Positions 17,033-25,203 of a DNA stretch of 64,000 bases are shown here, piece by piece. Source of the DNA: an uncultured virus (IMG/VR IMGVR_UViG_3300048780_000186) (Duplodnaviria > Heunggongvirae > Uroviricota > Caudoviricetes); the IMG/VR virus record IMGVR_UViG_3300048780_000186. The stretch is one strand, 5' to 3'. The position numbers and the translations under genes are program-made. The notes below the pieces were generated by a model. It did no database searches. It worked only from the letters and a program-made list of their open reading frames with translations, and was not told the origin of the DNA. Within the stretch, counting starts at the first letter, position 1. Each line of letters opens with the position of its first letter.

Positions 17033-17460
17033 GAGTTCCTCCGAGGCAAGAGCATCATTGGAGCCATTTGGACCACACCCTTGGCGGGGACAGTCCTTTC
17101 TGGTTCTGGAGTGATCCAGGCGAACTTGCGTCTGTTGCGGCGCAGTTCTCTGTCAGCCCCGCAGTGCTTGCACAGGTCGTGAAGCTTGGCGCATTCATCA
17201 CAGAGAGCGTCTGTGCAGGTGCTGCCATAGAGCACGTCTTTGTGACAGATGACGCAGGGCCGCGTAGTCATGGCAGCTCCGCCAATGCCCGATCCAAGAT
17301 AGTGGCAGAGAACACAGAGGAATGCCTTGAGACGAGCTGGACGATCAGAATCATGCTTGATCTTATTTGCGTTGTCCAGATAGTCTTCGACACGACTGTT
17401 GTTCATGCTGGTTTGCCATTGAACGGCGTACTGATCCAATTTCTTGGCAGGCTGATTCAC
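17023..17460 (-). CDS. Cys-rich hypothetical protein
   Basis: Four CxxC pairs. Confidence 0.7.
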   Translation of the reverse strand: MNQPAKKLDQYAVQWQTSMNNSRVEDYLDNANKIKHDSDRPARLKAFLCVLCHYLGSGIGGAAMTTRPCVICHKDVLYGSTCTDALCDECAKLHDLCKHCGADRELRRNRRKFAWITPEPERTVPAKGVVQMAPMMLLPRRNSCE

Positions 17461-17478
17461 TTCAACTCCAGGCCGTGG

Positions 17479-17715
17479 CTATGCCGCGGCAGTTACTCCG
17501 GCTGTCGGATGCTCGTTGTTGGCCTCTGGCTTGGAACAGAAGAGGCTGAACAGATAGTCACCGAGCGATTGCACGCGTCGGGCGATCTGGCTGGGTAGGG
17601 AGTACAGGCGCTGCAGGTCACACTTCTTGTCGTCTTCCTTGCGGATGATCAGGTAGAGCCCGCCTGTGATGGCGACGATGGCAACAAACAGCAGGAATCC
17701 AAAGATCAGCTTCAT
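17479..17715 (-). CDS. small membrane-anchored protein
   Basis: N-terminal TM segment; GGAGG RBS. Confidence 0.6.
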   Translation of the reverse strand: MKLIFGFLLFVAIVAITGGLYLIIRKEDDKKCDLQRLYSLPSQIARRVQSLGDYLFSLFCSKPEANNEHPTAGVTAAA

Positions 17716-17899
17716 GGTGCGTCCCTCCAGGACGGGTGCTACGCGGCTTACTGCCTTTTCGCCGGCTGTCTGAATGTACGGATGAGCTCGAACGTCGTGA
17801 ATCCGAAGAACACGATGACGAACAAGGACAAAACGAATTGAGCAAGACGGGTCACTCCGATGAAGGCGAGTGACAGGATTGCAAGAATTGAGAGCTTGG

Positions 17900-18523
17900 T
17901 CATGCTGCCTCTCTTTTGAGAACAGTTGAATGCAAATGGTGATGAACTCGAAGAACCCAGGCGATGAAATCGTCGCCTGATAGCGTGCTTTTGGCCTCAT
18001 TGCATTTGCCACAGCACGATACGACATTGTCGGGCTCATAGCCGAGGTCATTGTTCCAGCGATCGATGCCGTTATAAACGAAAGCACCCGTGAAGGAGTT
18101 GGAAACTCCTGTGGTGAACTTCTGAGCTGGAACACAGCCACAGTAGTAGCAATCGCCGGCAAAGAGTTCGAGGCATTGGTTTTGGGACAAATTCCACAGG
18201 TAACCTCGGCTTTTAGCTTGCCGTTTGTAATGTGCGATCAGCTTGTTACGAGCCGCAATTCCCTCGCCAAGGCTGGCGGAAGGACGAGGTTTACCTCTAA
18301 GTGGGTTTCCCGACCTGTTAAGACAACCGCAGCTCTTCTTTTGTCCATTTACCAGCTGGCTTGTTGAAGCTGTGGTTGCGTTTCCACAGGAACATTTGCA
18401 ATTCCAAAGCTGTTCGTTTCGCTTGTTCTTTCCGCCTTTGCAAATGACTTCCAGCTTGCCGATGAAATTGCCAACAAAGCCTTTTGTGGAAGAACGCGGT
18501 CGTCTTTTGGAGGGATAGGTCAC
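17900..18523 (-). CDS. HNH homing endonuclease (paralog of 8606-9340)
   Basis: W.CKCSCG...KKSCGC; CYYCG...NGIDRWNNDLGYEPDNVVSCCGKCNEAK; lower GC than flanks. Confidence 0.85.
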   Translation of the reverse strand: MTYPSKRRPRSSTKGFVGNFIGKLEVICKGGKNKRNEQLWNCKCSCGNATTASTSQLVNGQKKSCGCLNRSGNPLRGKPRPSASLGEGIAARNKLIAHYKRQAKSRGYLWNLSQNQCLELFAGDCYYCGCVPAQKFTTGVSNSFTGAFVYNGIDRWNNDLGYEPDNVVSCCGKCNEAKSTLSGDDFIAWVLRVHHHLHSTVLKREAA

Positions 18524-18885
18524 TATGCGGTTCCCTTCAATACGCTCTGAGTGTGTTCTTTGTTGAGCTTCATCCGCCGGAAAGGTAGGTAGACCCAAAG
18601 CATGAGCACATTCAGCAACGTATTGCCGAGCGCAAACATGACCGAATTGGCTTCGGTGATCCCGTGAATGCCGAAGTTGATGGTCTCCAGCCCGAGCAGG
18701 CTGATGCCCTTGTTCTTGTCGATCCACTTCAGGGTTGCGTCCTTGCGTTTGGTGGTCAGCAGCTTCTGAATCCAGGGAATCTTGTCTGCCTTCAGGAAGG
18801 CGCCCCAGGCGAAGATGCCGACACCGACACCGGCCGCGACGTTGCCGGTATTAGACGGGGTCAGAATCATCCGTGTTCTCCTCAC
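18523..18885 (-). CDS. hypothetical membrane protein
   Basis: Hydrophobic segments, operon position. Confidence 0.65.
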   Translation of the reverse strand: MRRTRMILTPSNTGNVAAGVGVGIFAWGAFLKADKIPWIQKLLTTKRKDATLKWIDKNKGISLLGLETINFGIHGITEANSVMFALGNTLLNVLMLWVYLPFRRMKLNKEHTQSVLKGTA

Positions 18886-18954
18886 AGTGGCGAGCTTTGT
18901 ACATGCAGAAGGCGTACATGGCTACGAAGGACAGCAGTAATGCGATCTTGAGGC

Positions 18955-19284
18955 CTACAGGCACAGCTTTACCTCCGTGCAAATGGTCTGGCCTTTTGGC
19001 CAGACCCGTTTCAGGCCGAGCAGAATTGCGTATTCCATGGCTCGGGTATTCGCAAGCCAACGCAAGCTGGTGGTAATCCATCGGGCCACGAGTGCCTGCG
19101 ACTTCGTCGGTGTTCCCGCAGCTTTGCGGAGCCGCTCATCAAGGATCGGCAGACACGTCCGTGCGGGACGTCCGTAGACAAGGAGCTCTCGGGTCTTGCC
19201 ACGGTCGCGGAGCTTGCCGGCAATGAGGGCGGACCAGAATCCTGCTTCATACGACGGCAGGAGCCACAATAGCCAGATTGGCAT
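18955..19284 (-). CDS. hypothetical protein
   Basis: Start MPIWLL after AGGAAGG. Confidence 0.55.
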   Translation of the reverse strand: MPIWLLWLLPSYEAGFWSALIAGKLRDRGKTRELLVYGRPARTCLPILDERLRKAAGTPTKSQALVARWITTSLRWLANTRAMEYAILLGLKRVWPKGQTICTEVKLCL

Positions 19285-19522
19285 GGGTTCCTTCCTGATG
19301 ATGCCGGTTGAGATACGCTTGAATCTCTTCCAGGACCGCATATTCCTCGGCCATGGTTGCAACTCGCATTTCATCGAAGTTGTAGAGACGCACGGTGCCG
19401 TGCTTCAGGCAGGTGGTTGTTGTCACCACCTGTCCATGAAAGTTCTCGTGGGCGCGAGTGGTTGGCCAACTCCAATGGTCTCCTGTGCATGAGCACTTGG
19501 GCCTGCGATGAAATCCGAACAC
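19247..19522 (-). CDS. hypothetical protein
   Basis: 91-aa ORF, AGGAG RBS. Confidence 0.6.
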   Translation of the reverse strand: MFGFHRRPKCSCTGDHWSWPTTRAHENFHGQVVTTTTCLKHGTVRLYNFDEMRVATMAEEYAVLEEIQAYLNRHHQEGTHANLAIVAPAVV

Positions 19523-19531
19523 GTTCAGCTC

Positions 19532-20008
19532 CTAGTGAATGACATGGGTGAAGAGATGCATCACCCAGTTATGGCCGACATTGACGAGGCCAGACGCCGC
19601 GCCAATCAGGACAAGGGAAAGAATCCCTCCCAGGAAGGCAGCCAGCAGTTTGAGACTTGCAGGTGCCTGCTTGTCCGGAATGGTCAGGGCATACATCTCC
19701 CTGAGTGCGGGTGCTTCCGCCTCGATAACAGTCCGATCAACATTCCACTTCTTGCAGAAGGTGTCGATCTTGGCCGTGGCTTTGTCCCGCAGGGCAAAGT
19801 ACGCAGGCGATCCTTTGGGTAGTCCCTTGGCCTGATGGCCATTGGCTGTCTCGATGATTCGGGCCAGAGCCTTTTCAAGAGCTTCCTGGTCCCGATGCTG
19901 GCGCCAGGCGTTGAACGTGCTCATGCCCGTTCCGTGCCAGGAGCGAATCTTGAGGCCCGCCTGTTGTAACCAGGGCGTAGAAACCTCTGCGGTGATGACT
20001 GCGGCCAT
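19532..20008 (-). CDS. hypothetical protein with C-terminal TM segment
   Basis: GAGGAG RBS before MAAVIT. Confidence 0.7.
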   Translation of the reverse strand: MAAVITAEVSTPWLQQAGLKIRSWHGTGMSTFNAWRQHRDQEALEKALARIIETANGHQAKGLPKGSPAYFALRDKATAKIDTFCKKWNVDRTVIEAEAPALREMYALTIPDKQAPASLKLLAAFLGGILSLVLIGAASGLVNVGHNWVMHLFTHVIH

Positions 20009-20120
20009 GCTGCTCCTCTTATGACTCCACAATAAGAGCCCCGACCATTGGCCGGGGCTCAGGGGAACTACCTAGTGCAATCGGTATTGGTCATCCGCTC
20101 GATCAGAGCGAATTCGGCCA

Positions 20121-20780
20121 TCAGGCTGCCTCTTTACCGAACTCCCCGTCGGGGAAAGGATCTGTGTTGACCTGTTCGGCGGGAGCTTCTTCGACGACTG
20201 GCGCTGCTTGGAACTCGGCCGGAACTTGCTCGGCAGGAAGCTGGTTGTTGAGCACCTGATCGGGGTCAATGCCTGCATCGATCATCTGTTGACGGCGCAT
20301 GGCTTGCTGTTCCTCCATCACGTACTTGCCGAGGCGTTCCGTGACATGGCGGTCGAATTCGACCTGACGAGCAGCTTCGTCCTCGATCTCGTGGCAGGGA
20401 CAGCCGGCCGTGTCGAGCTTGACGACATCGGTGACGGCCCGCTTCAGTGCGAAGGTAAGCAGTCTGGACTGCTCGTTGAGCCCGTTGATCTGGTTCAGGA
20501 TGGTGAGGCTGACCGTTTCTTCAGCCCGGGGCTTGACAACCACCTTGGCATCCTTGAACTGGTCGAGCGAGACAATGTCGGCGCGAATGGTCTCGGCAGC
20601 GGCGCGCGCCGAACCCAGGTTGCCGATGGTCAGAGCCGGTGGCTGGAAGGTCTTCGTGGTATCACCCACGGTGACTTCGACCACAAACGACCAGCGACGG
20701 ATCTTGCGCTGGGCTTCCTTGCTCTTGGGTGCGAGATTGTTTCTGTTCTTCTTGGGCGTTCTGGTTCTGGATACTGGCAC
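20121..20780 (-). CDS. hypothetical protein
   Basis: 219-aa ORF, AGGAG RBS, CTTTGGTAC motif upstream. Confidence 0.75.
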   Translation of the reverse strand: MPVSRTRTPKKNRNNLAPKSKEAQRKIRRWSFVVEVTVGDTTKTFQPPALTIGNLGSARAAAETIRADIVSLDQFKDAKVVVKPRAEETVSLTILNQINGLNEQSRLLTFALKRAVTDVVKLDTAGCPCHEIEDEAARQVEFDRHVTERLGKYVMEEQQAMRRQQMIDAGIDPDQVLNNQLPAEQVPAEFQAAPVVEEAPAEQVNTDPFPDGEFGKEAA

Positions 20781-21036
20781 TCATTTCTCCTGAAGTTGTA
20801 ACTTCAAGTCCAGTGTGCAGAAACTCATGAAAGTACCAAAGGCATGGCAGGCTGGCCTTACGACCAGCCTGTTCCGTCCATGCTGTAGTCTTTGGCTACA
20901 AGCGCATAATCCATCTCCTTCGGCAGGCTGCCTACACCGCACACCGGCACGCTGTGGCCGAACAGGCGGTGTTCAACATCGTGAAACGCACATGGTATTG
21001 CTTCAGAACATCCGTGATGCGTTAAGCGGGCGGTGC

Positions 21037-21296
21037 TCGGGACATCTTCGCTCCAATGAGATGTGCATTCAGCGCGAATCGGTCGAATCCAGCCGGTGAA
21101 TGGTTGAGTAGGCCATCAGCCGGTGGAATCCTGCCGCTTGTCGGGACATCAATCGCTCCATTTAGCGATTAACGGAATCGTGAATTAACCACTTGGGACA
21201 TATTTGCCTATACTAGAGCGGGAAATCCCAGACCAGAAAAAAGGCAAAGTGTGTCGAAAGTATCAAGACTCGATCGGAACTCTAGGGATGTCCCGA
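21037..21296. repeat. TCGGGACATC repeats in a long intergenic region
   Basis: Exact copies at 21037 and 21141 (+) and 21287 (-); variant TTGGGACATA at 21193. Confidence 0.65.
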
Positions 21297-21348
21297 CATC
21301 TCACATGCAAAAACCAGAACCTCGATGCGGAAGTGAATCCGCAGGAGA

Positions 21349-21834
21349 TTAGGCTGCCGCTGCCAACGCGTCGGCAGTGGCTTCGACGGCGACCGGGCCG
21401 GGCGTGGACGCCGGCGCCAGGACCGTAATGGTCTTGGCGCGCGCATGGAATCCGCGGCCACTGGAGTTGCGATGCCACTCGCTGGTCACATAGACCAGAT
21501 CGCCCTGCTTCAGCGCCAGAATCTGGGCATGCAGGGTGGGGTCGGCGGTCTGAACGAACCTGTCCTTGTCGGGATTGATCTGGATCACGAGGCCGATGTA
21601 CTGACGACCGAACTCGTCCTCGATGCCTTCGTCACGAACGGCGAGCACGGTGCCCTGCATCCGGATCTCGGTGTACACCTCGGTGCCCACGGACAGACCC
21701 TGGCCGTCCAGAATCTCACGGTTCTGCTTGGTCTGAAGTGCGAAGTTCTGCGCGGCACGAACGAACGGCTTGATCGCCACGGGCGGCGTGTTGCGCTGCT
21801 GATTGCGCTGGCGGCTAACGAAAGAACTGGCCAT
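21349..21834 (-). CDS. putative OB-fold nucleic-acid-binding protein
   Basis: Beta-strand pattern G.V.AV...LKQGDLVYV...AKTITVL; GGAGG RBS. Confidence 0.55.
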   Translation of the reverse strand: MASSFVSRQRNQQRNTPPVAIKPFVRAAQNFALQTKQNREILDGQGLSVGTEVYTEIRMQGTVLAVRDEGIEDEFGRQYIGLVIQINPDKDRFVQTADPTLHAQILALKQGDLVYVTSEWHRNSSGRGFHARAKTITVLAPASTPGPVAVEATADALAAAA

Positions 21835-21900
21835 TTGATTGCCCTCCTTTGGGCATTTGCGTTATTGGTTGAGGTTGTGCATCGGCGAAGACCGAGGCAG

Positions 21901-22245
21901 TTACTGGTGAGCTTGAGGTCTCCGAGGAGCCGGAGCGATGGTGCCAACGAACACCAAGTTGGAAGAGAACTGTCCAACCTGGCATTGGGCACAGGCATCG
22001 CCACGATATGGCTTGCCTTGGTTGTCCTCACCAGAACGGCAAACCACTTCGAGGTTGCCGAAAGATGGGCGGTAGCTGTGGCAGGCACGACGCAGGAAGT
22101 CCCTGGTCTTGGCCACAATCACCTGGCGGTTCGGTTCGTCAGGCCTCATGTCGCCGGCAAAGATGACCAGCTTGGTGAGGTCAGACTCCGGACTGGTCAA
22201 CTCCCTCGGGAGGACCGGACGGGGCAGACGGATTGTCCCTTGCAT
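21901..22245 (-). CDS. hypothetical protein
   Basis: GAGGAGG RBS before MQGTIR. Confidence 0.55.
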   Translation of the reverse strand: MQGTIRLPRPVLPRELTSPESDLTKLVIFAGDMRPDEPNRQVIVAKTRDFLRRACHSYRPSFGNLEVVCRSGEDNQGKPYRGDACAQCQVGQFSSNLVFVGTIAPAPRRPQAHQ

Positions 22246-22558
22246 ACAACGCCTCCTCAGGCATGGGTGGAAGATGCGGAAACTGAGTAGCCCACTGTGT
22301 AAGCCGCATCTGCAGCTCACAAAGATCAGTGGTCTTGCCGGTGAATACCAGCTCGGCTGTGTGCAGCACAGGCGTCGCTTCAAGGACGTTGACCCGTACA
22401 TCGATGGGCAGGCCGGACGCACACTCGATCCGGCCCAGAGCCAATGGAAATCCGGGATGGTAGGCAACGATCAGCTTGCAGGTGCCGGTCGAGCCGGGAT
22501 CAGCAAACAACAGCTTTTCGAAGTCATTGCACTCGGAGTCGTTGAAGTCGCTGGGCAT
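22181..22558 (-). CDS. hypothetical protein
   Basis: Coupled (TGATG) to upstream ORF. Confidence 0.55.
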   Translation of the reverse strand: MPSDFNDSECNDFEKLLFADPGSTGTCKLIVAYHPGFPLALGRIECASGLPIDVRVNVLEATPVLHTAELVFTGKTTDLCELQMRLTQWATQFPHLPPMPEEALYARDNPSAPSGPPEGVDQSGV

Positions 22559-23016
22559 CAGGCAGCCTCAAGGAGCTGGATGCTTTCAGTCAGTGTTGCT
22601 CCCAGGATGTCTGAGGTGCTTTCCGGATGAGCAGCGGAGTTCTCGGCGAACACCGTCCAGAGCAAGAGGAACTGTTCCCGATGCTCCCAGACGTATTTGG
22701 CGATACGGTCGAGGACCGAGAAGCTCAGCAGCGTGTCGATCTCCCTGCGCGCGATGCGCATGCAGACACCGAACTCACTGCTCGGATCGCTGATGAACAG
22801 TTGGTTGGCGTAGAGCTGGATCAGGTAGAAGGACAGCACTTGGCGTGCATCCTTGTTCAGGGTGACAGTGAAGACGACCTCACTGATGGCGACCAGCACT
22901 TGGTCATCCGAAGGGATTCCACCCTCGAACTTGGAAAAGGCAGCCTTGATCGCATCGGTGACAAGAATGCTGCCCTTAACCATGCTGGCAAAGGAATTGA
23001 GTAGACCAGTATTCAT
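22558..23016 (-). CDS. hypothetical protein
   Basis: GGAGG RBS before MNTGLL. Confidence 0.7.
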   Translation of the reverse strand: MNTGLLNSFASMVKGSILVTDAIKAAFSKFEGGIPSDDQVLVAISEVVFTVTLNKDARQVLSFYLIQLYANQLFISDPSSEFGVCMRIARREIDTLLSFSVLDRIAKYVWEHREQFLLLWTVFAENSAAHPESTSDILGATLTESIQLLEAA

Positions 23017-23293
23017 GGTGAGTCCTCCAGACCCAACGGGTTGTTGTTGCGTGAAAGATCGCCGGGCAGTCAAGGAGATGAACCTGCCCGGCGCCCTCTG
23101 CAGTGGAGTGCGAGGGAATCTCTGTGGATTGAGCGGAGCAAGCTCGACGCTCCAAAGAGCGGTCAGATAACGCTCCGACCCAGCGGGCCTGTTTCTAGCG
23201 CGGGAGGTCTCCGCTTTTCAGGATGCACGCACCCTGCCCCAATTGCATTGTGGATGGGGTCGAGCAGTGAAGCACTACGGCAAACACCGTAGG

Positions 23294-23593
23294 TTAGAAC
23301 TTCAGCTTGTCCAGTCCAATGCAGCGGACTGAGTTGTGGTTGACTTCCGGTGCAACCCGGCGAAACTTGGGCTTGGCCGGTCGACCCAGAACCGCTTGCA
23401 GTGTCTTCTCCATCGCAGCACCCGGCCGCATGAGGCGGACGTTGCGCTCCATCAGAGCAGTGAATCCCGGAAGGTTCTGGTGAGCCATACCGAGAGCAAC
23501 CTTGGCAGACTCCGAACCCAGGTTGTACTGGGCCAGCAGTCCATGGAGGACCTGCCGACGGCCGGTCCTGTCGAGAGCTTGAACATCGATCAT
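23294..23593 (-). CDS. hypothetical protein
   Basis: 99-aa ORF with GGAG RBS. Confidence 0.65.
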   Translation of the reverse strand: MIDVQALDRTGRRQVLHGLLAQYNLGSESAKVALGMAHQNLPGFTALMERNVRLMRPGAAMEKTLQAVLGRPAKPKFRRVAPEVNHNSVRCIGLDKLKF

Positions 23594-23639
23594 GGCGAAC
23601 TCCGCATTGCGGTTGACGATGTTGAGGTTGGGCTGAGGG

Positions 23640-23834
23640 CTAGAACTTCCGGCCGATCAAGCCGGTCGAATAGGCGAGCGTGTCACCGGTATCAGAACCG
23701 TTGAGCAGAGCTTCTCTCGATGCCTGGAAAGTCCGGGGCATGAGAGTGCGGATCATCCGGTCTTCGTGAATGGCGTGCAGGCGGTCCTGTCCTAACGTGG
23801 AACCGCGACGAGTGCGAGCATGAGGCATGGGCAT
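23640..23834 (-). CDS. hypothetical protein
   Basis: AAGGAG upstream of an internal Met; start uncertain. Confidence 0.5.
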   Translation of the reverse strand: MPMPHARTRRGSTLGQDRLHAIHEDRMIRTLMPRTFQASREALLNGSDTGDTLAYSTGLIGRKF

Positions 23835-23974
23835 AGACGAGGCTCTCCTTGAAGCCTGGTGGAAGTGGTTGAATTGTTGGGATTTGAAACAGAGGGAGTT
23901 GGGAACCGCGGCATCAGAGAACAACAAGGTTCAATCTGCCACCTGAAAGTGAATGATGATCCCGGCCACGATAA

Positions 23975-24226
23975 CTACCGTGGCCAAGGTATGGGCTCAG
24001 CAGAATACATCCGCTCCAACTCGCCGACCTGAAAGGCCTGCTTGTTCTTGCGACGCTCCCACCAGAAAAAACCGGCGAAGATCAGAACGGCCAGGGCAAC
24101 CTCGGCCATCAGTAAAGGAATCAAGTCACGGTGCTCCCAGACGAACAGGGAGAGAGACTGTGACGCATCGGAGAACCACGAAGGATCCTTCGGCGGATTG
24201 AGAATGATGACATCACCGTTGAGCAC
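23975..24226 (-). CDS. small membrane protein
   Basis: One TM segment; AGGAG RBS. Confidence 0.65.
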   Translation of the reverse strand: MLNGDVIILNPPKDPSWFSDASQSLSLFVWEHRDLIPLLMAEVALAVLIFAGFFWWERRKNKQAFQVGELERMYSAEPIPWPR

Positions 24227-24235
24227 GGCAGTCTC

Positions 24236-24376
24236 CTAGCAGATGGCAGCCGATGCACCGGCAGCCTGCATGGCCTTGTTGCACTGGGCGTTAAAAATGG
24301 CAGCGAGAATCAGGGCAGTGATTACCCCGGCAATGACACGAGCAGCGATGTAACCAAGCATCTCCAGCATGAGCAT
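24236..24376 (-). CDS. small membrane protein
   Basis: AAGGAG RBS, hydrophobic core. Confidence 0.55.
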   Translation of the reverse strand: MLMLEMLGYIAARVIAGVITALILAAIFNAQCNKAMQAAGASAAIC

Positions 24377-24379
24377 TCT

Positions 24380-25200
24380 CCTTGAACACACAGGTTGTAC
24401 CGAGTGGATGAGAGACAGGACGTAAAGTCCATAGAGGGAAGGCATTACAGCAAAGCGATGAGCCTGGTAGTGGAGTACCAGGCCCATGGGTGCCACAGAT
24501 GGCACAAAGCTTGATCGAGCAGGATATAGCGACTCTGGTGTATAACCGGCTTTCCGCTTTCAGCAAAGCCGATGATGGGGTTTACACTCACCCACCACTC
24601 CTGAACACAGCCAGAAGTGGATTTACACTAGGTCTCTCCGTCCTGCCTGACACCAACACATACACGCGCGCACGCGGGAGCTGGTTCTCAGGATTGCCCT
24701 TAAATAGCCAAACCACAATAGGCCGCGGTCAAGCTTCACCACCGTTCAATAGGCGGTAGTTTCAGCATGACTGGCTTTTATGGGCTTAAATGAATCCGGC
24801 GCTCCAAAGCTCTTTAACGTGATCTGAGCATCGGGGACGTGGTACATGTGGGCATAAGCCACTGTAAGCATCTGAATGACAGACACTTACCTGACTACCT
24901 CACCACTTCGCCTGACACGCCTCTACCCGAGGGCGAAGCCCCTCGGGACATAGCGGCTGTTCTGCGGCTGGTTGCCCAGCGGCGGGTATTGACTGTTGGC
25001 ATATCCATATATAGGTATTGACTGACCCTGGGCTGAGCCCAATGAGGCAATCGATCCCATGTGTGGTTCCAACTTGCCGATTCCCAGGACGAATCCTGGT
25101 CATCAGGATGGGCATGACCCATCAATGTCAGAATCGTTCCAGAGTGGAATGATCCTGACATTTCGGCCTTCAAGCAGGGCCGAACCGCCAAGTTGTTAAT
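24380..25200 (-). ncRNA. ~820-nt structured non-coding region downstream of the RNA polymerase gene
   Basis: No credible ORF; many perfect stems (24462/24476, 24490/24500, 24547/24565, 24926/24940, 25070/25189). Confidence 0.5.
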
Positions 25201-25203
25201 GGT

